A DNA stretch of 62,839 nucleotides, filler included, from Collodictyon triciliatum (taxonomy: Eukaryota): NCBI GenBank assembly GCA_043381765.1. It is 17 parts of 17 records of this genome, joined end to end, with 100 filler letters (N's around TTAATTAATTAA, not from the genome) between each part and the next. Parts side by side here need not be neighbours in the genome. Positions count along the whole stretch, not along the records: positions 30,086 to 33,622 come from JBHJMP010007178.1; positions 33,723 to 37,258 come from JBHJMP010007180.1; positions 37,359 to 40,929 come from JBHJMP010007181.1; positions 41,030 to 44,573 come from JBHJMP010007182.1; positions 44,674 to 48,201 come from JBHJMP010007183.1; 12 more parts are not named here. One strand, given 5' to 3'. Each line of letters starts with the position of its first letter. Position 1 is the first letter of the stretch. A program made the position numbers and the translations under genes. The notes beneath the pieces are model-generated. The model saw only the letters and a list, made by a program, of their open reading frames with translations. It did not search any database and had not been told where the DNA came from. Below, piece after piece: positions 32,107 through 45,189 of the stretch.

Positions 32107-33478
32107 CTACTGCAGCAAGCATTCATCATACAAAACAAACTGATTGTATAAGCGAGTGAGGAAAGAGTCGCTGTGGGGTGCAGCAACGCAGTACTGAGGT
32201 CCCATGAAAACAGGGTCATCTAACACAGGGTTGTAGAAAGAGTGGGACATTGGGAGGAAGGTCTGTGGGCTTGTTTTAAAAATGTCGAATCCAGCTTCGT
32301 TTAAGACCTTGATAAAATCTTTGTGTGAATCTCCAAACCCATGCTGTTTGGACTGGAGCTCTTTGGTGCAGTCAAACATCAAGTAATGCGTGCGGCTGAG
32401 GGCATGGTGTGCACCACGCAACACACGTGGAGAGTGATTCAAGGTATCAACAAACATGAATGGGATTGTGAGGTTATCAAGCCCTGTTTCCTTAAGGTAG
32501 TCATCTAATGCGACGGAATCAACTATTGTGTGGGCATAGGTGTCTTTGACCACTTCAGAATCTGGCAAAAGCATGCCAATCCCGTTTGGAGAAGGATTAG
32601 AGAAGAGAATTGCAGACAAAACCCGGTTCTTGCGGGTTTGGTCAGAGACAGCCCTGGGGTCTAATATGATTCCATCGAGGGGAATAGATTTCTGATTGGG
32701 CGAAAAAAATCGAGGATTGACATCTCCTAACAAATAACGAGAGGTATGACGTATTGAGTCAAGTGAAGAGTTTGTTGATGCATATTGAATCTTACATGAA
32801 TTTGAAATCAACCAAGAGAAGAATGGAGTATCAGTGTTCACCTGTTTTCTTGACTCGGGCAGACATAAGTTGGTCCACTACTTTTTCAATTGGTTCGTGG
32901 TTCTTTGGATTAGGCTCGAAGGCTAGTATGCGTTTAAGATAGTTTGTCTTCAAGGTTTCAAAAAATCTTAACACATGCCCCTCGCTGTTTCCAACAGAGA
33001 TATACAGAACTGGGGCTTCGGGTGTTGAATAAGGAGGTGAGCCCAAATCCATATCATCTTCGTATGTAGCCCGCTCAAGCATCCTCATGAATGGATACCA
33101 GCCATTGCCAGAGTCAAAATTAATTTTATATCGTTTGTAGTAACCAAACATTAAGCAATAGCAACGCACTGGGTCTCGAAGTCTGCTCACGATAGAGTCA
33201 GCAATACCTCGATTGAACGTAGGATAACCTTTATCCCGAGGACAACCAAGCTCGAATAGAGTATGGTTTTTATCTTGAGAATTAGGAGTTGATCTCCTTC
33301 GTGCTCCTGCAACAGGTGTCGCTGCCATCGAGCTTTTTATCTCTGAAAATTCTGTCGTTTTGTAGGTTTGTTTGGTCATGTTGTTTGAACCAAATCCCAT
33401 GAGAGATAGATGCACTAATTCACCCACAAAGAAACCAATCAGAAGAAACGGAACGGATTTTATGCAACGGCCTGTCAT
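32107..33478 (-). CDS. FkbM-family SAM methyltransferase-like type II membrane protein, 2 exons (intron ~32841-32728)
   Basis: N-terminal TM segment; ISVGNSEG, ILAFEPNPKN, VDSVALDDY, FMFVDT..HSPRVLRGA motifs. A phase-1 GT-AG intron joins the two overlapping ORFs. Confidence 0.75.
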
Positions 33479-33561
33479 CTATGATGATTAATTGTGAATC
33501 AATGATAATTATGTTTCGTGAAAACAAATACAAGATTTTAAATTAGCCAGTCTGTTGGGGT

Positions 33562-33622
<61 letters not shown>

Positions 33623-33722
33623 NNNNNNNNNNNNNNNNNNNNNNNNNNNNNNNNNNNNNNNNNNNNTTAATTAATTAANNNNNNNNNNNNNNNNNNNNNN
33701 NNNNNNNNNNNNNNNNNNNNNN

Positions 33723-34145
33723 AAGATGCTCTCTGTGTTTGATTATGCTCCCAACTGACCCAGCGCGTCTGACATCCTATTCGGCACACAGTACCAAATG
33801 ACCCACGACTCTAGGGTACACCGAACAGTCACAAGGGGACATATGCTGTGGGCCTTATGGAGTGTGCGTGCATTCTCTCGCTCCAATGATTTACCCGAAC
33901 GAGAAATCAATGTATCCAGGCTGAAAAGCCTCGTGCAATACAGCTTCCTGAACAGCTTGCTGAAACACGCCCGCATTCTCCGCTGCTTTAACTGCAAGCG
34001 AAGAGAGGTGTGTGAATGTGTCGTAAGATATCTCCCAAAGCATGTCCAACCCCTGCTACCCATGCAACAAATCAAGCAGATGGGTCGCCCACCTGACCAA
34101 CTCGCTATCACTGATTTCTTTCCAGTGCTACCCTCTCTACGGTAG
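33723..34145 (+). mobile_element. Probable degenerate 3' end of a non-LTR (L1/Tx1-like) retrotransposon ORF2
   Basis: DILFG..MLWALWSVR resembles the ORF2 C-terminal ILFG..W.IW..RN motif. In-frame TGA at 33756; AATAAA at ~34232. Confidence 0.4.
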
Positions 34146-34264
34146 TGTCTTCCCCTACTCGCGTTTGCTCTCTCCCATGCGCTCCCATCCCGCCCCCCAT
34201 GTATGGCATAACCTCGCTGCGCTTTGAATCGAATAAAGGGGGAAAAATCTGAACTGACACCAAT

Positions 34265-34987
34265 ATGCAGGAAAGGATACCAATGGAAAGAGAAGATGCC
34301 CAACTAGATTCCCTCATCTTTGAACAGGTTGGAGAGTATTCGATTGCTCCGATCAACAAGGATACCCAGAGGGAATCATCCGCCATGACAGCAGAGGCAT
34401 TTCGTCGTGAGCCTGTCGTGAATGCCATGTGTCTAGATTCATCCTCCTTTCAAAAGTGGACTGATGGATTGACTCTCCGAGCGCTACCCGACCGCATATC
34501 CACGGCTTGTTTAGACCATACTGGCAAAGTTGTGGCCACTTGTTTGTGTGTGGATGCGGCAGACCCTCATAGTGAAGGAGATGAATGTCCCCCAGAGACT
34601 TACGGTGATTTGGACGAGATGCTTCACTCCACCTTTGTCGAGTTCCTGACCAAGCAAGGCTACGGCCCAGACCCGTCAAAACTCGAAAGAGGTCGCATCC
34701 TTCATATATTGATGATAGCTGCAGACCGTTCGGTGCAAGGTAAGGGTCTTGTCCAAAGGCTGTGTACTTGGTCATTGGAGCTGGCTCGAAGGAAAGGATA
34801 CCGAGAGGCATATCTGGAAGCCACCAATTCTAGGTCAATTGCAACCTCGGTGAGAGTGGGATTCAAACCTGTTCACACGCTGGTGTACAAGGACTATGTG
34901 AACTCAAAGGGTCAAAGGCCTCTCTCTTCCATCCCTGCCGAAGAGCCTGTTCTGGTTGTGTTTTCCTACCCCCTCAACATGGAATAA
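34265..34987 (+). CDS. GNAT N-acetyltransferase (arylalkylamine/dopamine NAT-like), intronless
   Basis: 240 aa; AEAFRREPV, ILHILMIAADRSVQGKGLV (motif A QGKG), YLEATNSRS..VGFK. Confidence 0.85.
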   Translation: MQERIPMEREDAQLDSLIFEQVGEYSIAPINKDTQRESSAMTAEAFRREPVVNAMCLDSSSFQKWTDGLTLRALPDRISTACLDHTGKVVATCLCVDAADPHSEGDECPPETYGDLDEMLHSTFVEFLTKQGYGPDPSKLERGRILHILMIAADRSVQGKGLVQRLCTWSLELARRKGYREAYLEATNSRSIATSVRVGFKPVHTLVYKDYVNSKGQRPLSSIPAEEPVLVVFSYPLNME

Positions 34988-35875
34988 ACGGAGGACGTGC
35001 GTGTTCATTAAATCTCCTTCAGCATATGTTCCCTTTGTATGCTTTATTGTATTGTGTGTGTGCGCTGCAGATTGAATGATTATGTCTGCCAGGGCTTTCT
35101 GGCTTCGAGATTTCTCATCCGGTGCCTGCCGAGTTTTGGACTTATCAGGAGCCCTGTTTGGGGTGAGAAAGCCAAAGTGCCTCTCATTATCCATATGTGG
35201 AAAATATATTGGATAGATATTGTGGTGTCATCATGGAGGCCTATGAATCGAATAAAGGCAAAAATTATGGAGGCTGTACTACTTCTATCAACAAAATCCA
35301 CCGTTGACTGTGCATAATTTATATATTGCATAAAAAACTTCAACAATCCGCCCACACGCAGACACAACCAACGCGATATCAAAAAGATCAATATGAAAAA
35401 TAATTCTAAGGTGTGGTCACGAATATAAACCATTGTCCTTTGGTTCTTTATGGCAATTTTTTTTGATGACTAATGGATTCTGTAATCCGGCCGTAGCTTA
35501 TAAAGGCTTCATGTACACAGCATGTTGCGAGCCCCATCAATGACTTGAAAACCCAAAGCGATTCATATCTGCGGCTTTGTGTCTCGATGTGGACATTACA
35601 CAAGACAACAACCACTGCAATTGCAACGCAAAGTCCAACAAACCACCGACCCTTCAAGGAATGATTGACAGGCTGAACAAAATCTCTAAACCACCCCGAA
35701 ATACTCGCAGTCCCGCAACTCATTGGGTTCATTCCCTCTCTTAATCAACAGCCGGCTTTCACTCTGTTGGGCCTCAGGCATAACACCCCTCTTAATGTTT
35801 GTCCATCGCTGATCTCCCGCACAAACCTGATGACAGTCGCCTATTAACCAGCAAACCCCCACACTAGGAGCTAGC

Positions 35876-37200
35876 ATGTCAGTCGAAGACCAGCTCGACC
35901 ATTCTACCACCTTGGGTTCCGACGGCCCTGCAGAGACACCCGACCCAAAAACAAGCGACCAACGCGGGTTGCTCGACTCATTATCCGATTATCTGCACAT
36001 ACGGACTGCTAGTCACACGGCCCCGTGGTCTCAACGCCTGAAGCTGGAGGTTACTGCGGGATATTGTGCAGCATTTTGTTGTTTAGGCATGATACTCTCC
36101 TCTCTTGGGTACGCAATACAACAAATACCATGAAGCACTCGTTCTAGTCCTCTTTCTTTACTTTTTTTTATGTTTTTTCATCTTTTTCTTTTTTTCCATT
36201 TCTTTTTATTTTTTATTTTTATTTCATTATTTTTTATTTTCTTTTTTTTGTCATGTTTTTATCTTTTTCTTTGTGTGTGCTCTTTTCATCGTAGCATCGG
36301 TGTTTCTCTTTTCTGTTGACTGTAACTGATCTTTTTGTCCCCTCTTAAATCGGTCATGTTCATTAATATCTCTCAGGCCAGTCTACTTGGAACTCTCTGA
36401 CAGAGCAGATATCAGCATTTCGACTTTTGGATGGCTTTTTACATCAAGGTCGATGGGCTATTTGACTGGGTCAGTCGCAGGAGGACCGCTGTTTGATAGA
36501 TATGCTGGTATGATATATTCCTCATTTATTTATGTGATCTACAAATTAATCGATCATGGTATTGGCGAGAGGAATGCTTTTTTGTCTTTTCGATCAGTTA
36601 GCAGCTTTCGGTTACACCTTACACTTTGTAAAAGGAATATATATATGTCAAAGCCTTGTTTATTGTTCTTTATTTGATTTTTCTTTTCCATATCTTTTTC
36701 TTTTTCTTTTTCTTTTTTAATTTGTGCTTAATCATAGGTAACGCTCTATTGTCTATGTCCCTTGTTATCACAGCCTTTGGTAATTTTCTGATTCCACAGG
36801 CTCGGAATTTATATGTACTAATTGCTGGAGTCAGTTGTCAGGTAAGTTCATTTTCTTTAGCTGTCATAACCGATGCGTGTGCCAAATCATCCTTGGTAAA
36901 TGGAATGACAATAATAAGATTACACCAGGGTGTTGCGATGGGATTTCTCGATACTGGAGGAAATGTCTTGCTGATTCGTGTTCACGGTATGTAAATCAGT
37001 TCGTTTATGTTATCTCTGGAATACATATGTACTATCTCTTTTTTAGATAGTTTTATCATTTTATTGAAGAATTAATTCATTTACGAAATAATAAAATAGA
37101 GGGACATAGTGGACCTTACATGCAAGCTATGCATTTATGTTTTGGAATAGGGTCATTGATAGCGCCACTCTTTATTCGTGCGTCGATGGCTGAAGCAGAT
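35876..37200 (+). CDS. MFS transporter, MFSD4/sodium-dependent glucose transporter-like, 3' truncated
   Basis: Spliced: YCAAFCCLGMILSSLG|PVYLELS..FTSRSMGYLTGSVAGGPLFDR..|GVAMGFLDTGGNVLL..|GPYMQAMHLCFGIGSLIAPL. Confidence 0.85.
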
Positions 37201-37505
37201 GTTAATTTAATTATTTTTAAAATACATATTCATTAAATCTCCATCACTTACATAGTTANNNNNNNNNNNNNNNNNNNNNNNNNNNNNNNNNNNNNNNNNN
37301 NNTTAATTAATTAANNNNNNNNNNNNNNNNNNNNNNNNNNNNNNNNNNNNNNNNNNNNAAAAACAATAAAAACAATAAAAACAATAAAAACAATAAAAAC
37401 AATAAAAACAATAAAAACAATAAAAACAATAAAAACAATAAAAACAATAAAAACAATAAAAACAATAAAAACAATAAAAACAACAAAACGTGAAATATTT
37501 GAAAC

Positions 37506-39445
37506 CTGTTCTCCTTCACTGACTTGTGTAGAACACTGGTGTTTCAGAGGAAATGACGATTCATGTACAGAAGCCTTAATGTTCCATATGATCAAATTTT
37601 GAAAAATCAAACATCGTGTATGTAAAGCATATTACTACTGCTGATGTGAAAGGAATTTTGCATGTTTAGTTCCAAACCTTCGGGTTCTGAAGCATCGCTG
37701 TCATACAACAACCGATATACCCACCCCCCGAAACAGTTGATACGTAATCCACGTAACGAAGAATTCCCAAGTGAGACATAGCCTAAACCAAAAGTATATG
37801 CTTCAACAATTCAAACATCAGAAGGATATAATCAATTGATATTCAATGGCATTTCTAATACTTATTTGATGTTGAACGTAAAAGAATGACATTATGTGAC
37901 TCATTTCCTTGCTATCGGTAGAGCAAACACAATTTTTCTTATTTTGACGAATTCATTCCCTTTTCCTTTTTTTTTTTAAAAAAAAAACCAACAACTATCA
38001 AACGCGACATTTTTATTATTTCTTCCCTTCTATTTGCCTTTTTTTTTCAACAGCAGACTATGTTGCACGAAACCTGCAATAAACCCAAATTGAAAGTCGC
38101 ACTCCGCACTCCGCCTCCAGAAAGAGCCAGCCCAACCAACTCGACGTCTGGGCCAGTATTGAGCATTCGAATAAAATAGGAATATGCATGTTGAATCTTT
38201 TTTGAGTTTACTGGAATGGTATACAGGGCCTCTTGCTTTTGAGATATTGCCTGCAATAATGCCACACAGATATACAAATAAAATCAATCAGAGTGCACTG
38301 TACTTAAAAAAATATACTACGATACTTCAAAATAGCAGGTTAGGAGTCAGCAGCAGTAGTATTCTACAGATATTTTTACCGGCATACCTTAGAGTCTAGG
38401 TCATGCTTGTCCCTCCTTTGCTGGACGTATTTCAATTCCTTTGCGTATACAAGAATAAAGTTTGCAGTGTACGATTCCTCGGGAACCTCGGCCAAGAAAT
38501 CACCCAAGAAGTACCTGACGACAGATGAAAAAAATAGTCGAATTCGAGCCCATATACTCAGCCGCGCATTTCCTTCTGTAGCCTCGAGGACAGTAGAAAG
38601 CGCTATCTTCTTCCCGGGAGAGAGTGAGTCCTTTTCACCCTGAAAATGTTTATAGATTGTTTTATTCGCAAGCAGCCACGAAATGTGGATACGAAATAGG
38701 ATGTAGACCATAAAGCATAAGTCATAGCAAAGCAAGAGAAAAATAGAACAAGAGGACGAAAAGAAAGAGAAAATCAAAAAGAAAAAAAATAAATAAATTG
38801 AAATTCAAAAAAGAAAAGAAAAGAAAAGAAAAGAAAAGAAAAGAAAAGAAAAGAAAAGAAAAGAAAAGAAAAGAAAATATTAATCAATAGAAGAACAAAC
38901 AAAATATTTTCAATTAACCAAGTGCAAACGAATACAACATTCTAGTTTCGACCCACATCAGTAGCCTCGTCATCAGCACTATCTGCACCGACATAACGAG
39001 CCTCAACCGACGACTGCGGGCCTCCGTAAGACGCAGACGAGCCGTAAAGCGCAGCCGGCCCTCCAACAGCAGAGGACATTTTGCGCGAAGGCATGCCGAC
39101 TCCAACCCGGGACAGACGCGGAGTGATCGGCTCCAGAGACTCGTAGCGCATCGTTTCCTTTGATTCCTTTGAAGACTCGCGCGCCGAGTGCGATGCGTTT
39201 CCATGGGTGGAGAATGAACCGGCTCGCTTCAGGCCGACGGCTCCGCTGCTTGAGTTTCTCCGCATAGCAGCCTTTCTTGAACGCGTCTGAGAGTTGCTGG
39301 AGTGGCTCGCTGCAGAAGAGTCGAAGGAAACAGCGTGGGGATCGTTGTGGATGAAAGCAAGAGTGTGGAGATGAAGCTGAGTGGGCGCGGGTGCATGATA
39401 ATGGGCGGCATCGAGTGCCTTGTCGAAGGCAGGCTGCGTCAACAT
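37506..39445 (-). CDS. Patatin/cPLA2-like phospholipase-domain protein, partial
   Basis: LVGLALSGGGVRSATFNLGLLQ|AMSHLGILRYVDYVSTVSGGGYIG: Gly-rich oxyanion loop and catalytic Ser motif, preceded by a Ser/Arg-rich N-terminal exon. Confidence 0.85.
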
Positions 39446-39482
39446 ATGTGGTGCTTCTGGTGCTGATTATATTCTTTTTATC

Positions 39483-40929
39483 ATGACAACCAGCAACCAT
39501 CGATCTCTTCGATCTCGTCTGGTTTCATTCAACCATCGATCTCTTCGATCTCGCCGGGAACAACTCATGGAGCCCCACTCGAGTGTGGAGGTCGAAAGCA
39601 CAAGCTTGAGCAAACACACTCGAACGCACGAGAATCGACTACACAACTCGACCAAGACCCCTCGGCCACACCGATCCGCCGATCAAAGAGAGCCCAGGAG
39701 CAGAACCTGTACGGAGCCGGCTGCTACGTCCGCCTTCGAGGTAAGCACAAACTGCCCCAGAACCACGAAGCCCGCAACCAAGCGAAGAAAGAACTCGCCC
39801 AAGTCCTTAAACAACTCCAGTGCTACGAGGAGAACGTGATCATGCAACTGTACGATCAACCCCAAGGATACACAGTAGCCTTCCCGCACCAAGAAAATGC
39901 CGTAGAGTTTGCCAAAGCAGGACAGTTTAAACTGCTTGGCCGCTTTTTCCGCCCATACCAAGAGAGGCCACCTCTTCACTCCGCTATCATCGGCGATATC
40001 CTCCCAGGCTTCACCAAGGCAGACATTGAAGAGGCCTGCAGAGTATTATTTTCGCCTACCATAGTTTACTATGAAGTTGTGGACGGCATCTGGACCAATG
40101 ACGCGCTGGTCAAGTTCCCGGCATCAGAACTGTCCAGAGTGCCAAAAAAGAAAATAAACCTGCAAGGATTCCACGTCCCCTTCATACTCCTCCCCGAACG
40201 GAAGGAGAAGCCCCAACACGATACCAAACATAACAAGCACCAGGGCAAATACCATGGTAAACAAAACCGCAAACCCTCGCAACCCACACAGTCCAGGGGT
40301 GAAAGACGGGCCCAACCCTCCCGAACACCATCACCCGAAGCCATGGAAGAAGAAGACGATGAGCCACCTCAGTCCATTACCGTCACCCAACCAAGAAGCT
40401 CATCTCGCAAGGAACTCCCAAAGAAAGCAAATGAGACGTTGGGATTGCACATCATCCTGAAATCAACTGAACAAACAGACCAAGGCACGGCTTCTTCGCC
40501 TGGAAGAATCCCTGAGAGGAAGAGGACTAAACCAAATACACCAGCAGCAAACCCGAGCTCCAAACCCCAATCTAAACCACCGAGAGCAGAAAGGCATTCA
40601 CCAGCGCCCCAATCCAAGTTGACAAAACAAACGAACATAGCCAGCTTCATGCTCCATAGGAGCCCCGATGTGACTCCAGCAAAGCACGTGCAAAACTCGA
40701 ATAGCCCTAAAGAAGCAAACTTCAGCAACGACTCGCTCTATCTCTCTCCTGCGTCCCAAGAGACAGGGACTGCATCAGGAACACCCCAGAGCAGCGTCAG
40801 CTTCACACCGCAATTCCCAACATTCAAGGGCGCCCCTAACAAAAAAAACTACCAGCATTCTGCAACTCCCATGTATATTGCTCGCACAAACCCTAGCCCA
40901 AAAAGAGCGAGCAGAGAGCTGACAGCCTC
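39483..40929 (+). mobile_element. Non-LTR retrotransposon (L1/Tx1-like) ORF1-like gag, probably frameshifted near the 5' end, 3' truncated
   Basis: Intronless, A/C-rich sense strand. Main frame open from before 39500 to the contig end: YTVAF..LLGRFFRPY..IIGDILPGFTKADIEEA..VDGIWTNDALVKF..VPKKKINLQG, then a basic S/P/T-rich tail. ATG 39483 is in another frame. Confidence 0.55.
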
Positions 40930-43900
40930 NNNNNNNNNNNNNNNNNNNNNNNNNNNNNNNNNNNNNNNNNNNNTTAATTAATTAANNNNNNNNNNNNNNN
41001 NNNNNNNNNNNNNNNNNNNNNNNNNNNNNTTAATGGACAATTTTGTTGGCTATTAATGGACTTAATTTTCATGAAGGCCTCAATTTGTGTTGGATGTCTT
41101 CTATTTTGGTCCTTTAATGAAGTTATTCTTGGACTACATGATTGACTTTATCTATAGAAATAAGATTGGCGGTTTGGTTGGTGACCAGCAGGTAGTATGA
41201 TATCCTTTGTGTCTCGTAAAAGTTTTTGGTTCTGGGCATGCAGCACCACAACATAGTTGTACTTATTTCAGGTAAACCTACGTGAAGGAACATGTATTTT
41301 TGATATCAAATATTATCTCATCTACACCTAACGTTTCTGAAGCTCAATTAAGGTAAGAGGAATTTTAAATCTAAGTAAGTTGACTTGCTGTCCCATTCGG
41401 GGCTTTTCATCTATGCTATGACCCTCAGTTAGATACGGGATATAGGCCTTCAATTTTTAATCAGTGGGTCAAATCGAGCAAAAATTTTGTGCATAAGCAA
41501 ATCTGGTGCGAGATTCTTGTTAGGCCGGAACTCTGGTTTTCTCATAAGGAGTGGCAGTTTTCTGATTAAATCGAGTTCCAACGTTTTTCCGTAAGGTTGC
41601 TTTAGTATTAGTAGTGAATATGTCATCGATTTTTTTCTAGACTTTTTCTTGGTATATATTTGCTACTTCCTTCTTATATGTTTCAGTCAGGAAAATTTTT
41701 TATTTCAAGAGCATCTGTGAATACTCATTTATAGTAGTTTCTTAATAGTATACATATTTAATGACAAAATTTTGACCATCCCGTCCTGAGTTTGTAGCTC
41801 GCAGAGACACAATACCCCCAAGTCACTATTTTGAGTTATTTTACTCAACATCAGTCAAGTTCAAAATACATAGTTGATATTAGTTCTTATTTGATTAATT
41901 GGTACCAGCAAATTTATTGTTGAGTATAACTAATTCATTTTCTGTACCTCTCTAATCACCGCTCGAGCCATTCAATTGGTACAGGCTGTTAAAAAACCAA
42001 GTAATTCGTGGTAAATTGTAAGCGATAAGTAATCATTCGAAGAGGGATATTTGCCGGGTTTTTGTGGAATTTTTGAGATTGTCTCGGTCAAAATCAGTGC
42101 TGCATAAGTTTCATCGCTTTTAAGTTCACAAGTACATCACTTATATGCAATTTTCTCGCTATCTTTTATGTTATTCCACGACAGACGCTATCTGTTTCAT
42201 TGGTCAACAGTGGAAATGAAACAGACAGATAGTTTGCGAATAACTCACGCGCATCCTTATTCAATCACTCATACAGCCCGAAACCCCGTTCAAACTGTCC
42301 TAGTCCTATTTTCATTGGAATGGCTGACAAAAATAAGCCATCAGATAATTTCAATGAATTTTTTATTCGCCTTGATACAGATATGCAAAGCTATGGGTAT
42401 GCTGTGTTTAAAGAAGACTGATGTTTTACCCACTTGTTGGTATTTTTGTTGGTGGTATAAAATTATTTCATATTTACAGTAGAATAGATGCAATTTATAC
42501 CTTTAGAAATATCGCATCTTAATGACCCCAACAATATCAACAATCATGTAAGCTGGCACCTTTTTAAACATTTCCTCTAATATTTTGTCATATTGAAAAT
42601 GAAAGTGACTAAAAACAGTGCGTCAATACGGAAGAACTTCCAGCAAAAATCACAGCGCCACAAAACTCACGTATTTGGATATCAACTGCCATGCCAAGGT
42701 CTCTATCTAGGTGAACATGCGACATCAGAAAAATTAGTCATGCAGTATCACACAGAAGGTGAGTTCTATGAACACATCCTAAACATGCAGCTCTAAAACT
42801 GTAAAAATCTCTCCTAAAACTCTTCAAACATACACAACATAGTATACCACCAACAAAATGCTCCAGTCAGGTGGGCACTGTGAGTGAGTCCCGTTAAGAT
42901 GAAGACTTTGATAGGTTGAAAAAAATGAGTAGATTTTGTTTGACAGAACCAGATGTCTAATATTTATTTTTCACACTATATTATGTGGCATAGTCCTTCA
43001 AGATATTCGATATAATCAAGCCAAAATAAATGGCACACACCACCCTCGCTCGCCTCTCTGCTTCTTTCAAGGGAAATCAAAAAAATCTGATGCGCCATTG
43101 TACTTTGGTGCACCTTAATAGGTCTATTCAGAAAAGAATGTAAATTAAAATCATTTTTAAGGATGTACTCTATACTATAGTGAGTTGCGGGCTGTGATTT
43201 CATTTCATTTATCATTATGTCTAGCCGTACGGTACTCTTTCATAGAAACTCGAATTGATTTTTTGGCATTCGCAATATTNNNNNNNNNNNNNNNNNNNNN
43301 NNNNNNNNNNNNNNNNNNNNNNNNNNNNNNNNNNNNNNNNNNNNNNNNNNNNNNNNNNNNNNNNNNNNNNNNNNNNNNNNNNNNNNNNNNNNNNNNNNNN
43401 NNNNNNNNNNNNNNNNNNNNNNNNNNNNNNNNNNNNNNNNNNNNNNNNNNNNNNNNNNNNNNNNNNNNNNNNNNNNNNNNNNNNNNNNNNNNNNNNNNNN
43501 NNNNNNNNNNNNNNNNNNNNNNNNNNNNNNNNNNNNNNNNNNNNNNNNNNNNNNNNNNNNNNNNNNNNNNNNNNNNNNNNNNNNNNNNNNNNNNNNNNNN
43601 NNNNNNNNNNNNNNNNNNNNNNNNNNNNNNNNNNNNNNNNNNNNCCAATTTTCAAATGTATGTACTTGATTAGGCAGGGATGCCTAAAATGCATCTGATA
43701 TCCACAATTTCCTGTTGACTTGATAGCCCCTGAGACAGAAATAATATATAATATAGACCGCTTCTCTCATGTGGTATTAGTTGGCTTCGAATCAAGTAAA
43801 GAGAAAAATGTGATGTTAGTTGGCTACATCTTTTTCTTGGGTGTAGTACTCTCAGATTTTGTAGCTCGTTTCAGTTCAGTTTTCTGGCAAAACAGAAACA

Positions 43901-44674
43901 AAATTCATCATGATTATAATGACAAATGTTATCATGGACATCTAATCCAAGTCTCATACCCGAGGTCCGGACTTCAGGGCCAAGGTACACCCTAACCCAC
44001 AAAGTATAATGGCTGGTTTTTTGATATTTCTTTCTCGATTACATGTCTTGATAGCATTTGGTGTTTGTGTTGTTAATTTGAAGCTAAAATATCATGACAT
44101 GATACATACAGGGTATTTGAAGTATGGAATAAGCATGTTTCATCTTTGGTTTAATTATGCTACCAGCGCACTCATCTAGACAGTTTGACATGATGGCGAC
44201 AGTGAGTCTGGTGCGCGGTCGATCTTGCATCGGGAAGCGGAACCTCTTGTTCGATATTTTGTGGCTGACGTACCGCGATCAAAAAGTGCGATTGAGAACG
44301 AACTCTTCAAAATCGACGACTGCTTTATCCACCTTCGGGGCAAGCCATAGCCTGTTCTCTCTTTCGAAAACCATAGAAGTATGAGCAAGCAACTGCATGC
44401 TGTGATGGATATCAGATAAAGATATCTCTACGAAAAGGACGTGACTCTTATGGTGTACAGCCCTGCCCTTGGACTCAGAATCGCCCTCCCAAGAAAAGAA
44501 AACGCAGCCGCCTACATTAAAGAGGAGATCTTTCCAGCTCCTCAATCTCCAATACACCCCATGCCAGTAAAAANNNNNNNNNNNNNNNNNNNNNNNNNNN
44601 NNNNNNNNNNNNNNNNNTTAATTAATTAANNNNNNNNNNNNNNNNNNNNNNNNNNNNNNNNNNNNNNNNNNNNA

Positions 44675-44766
<92 letters not shown>

Positions 44767-45189
44767 AATAGATAATAAAGTAATGGGAAAAGGAAGGAGG
44801 ATTGTACGCTTTGAGGATAAAGTAAAATACAAACATCCATTCGTCACATAAAGCTGATTTTCATAAGGGCATGTTGGGAATCCATAGTTGATAAGAGATG
44901 CAGACTGTGGACAACTAAATCAAGTGATACCCGCTTAGAGAGCTGAGCGCATGAGATTTTTTTATGGTAATGAATCACATAGAATGACGAAAGTGACATA
45001 GAAACGATAATAACAGGTATAGATATGACTAAATGAATTATATTGTATTTTCTACAAAGAAAAAAATTAAAAAATCGAGCGGTTCCACCATCATAAATTT
45101 GAGTAGAAATAAGTACACAAGAAATCGAACAAAAACGTGCACAAGGCAAACCTCGACGCTGGCCCATCGACGTTGACCACGTGCACAAC

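Noticed and set aside
32728-32841. Programmed frameshift or TGA readthrough between the two FkbM ORFs
   Set aside because: A canonical phase-1 GT-AG intron joins them in frame.
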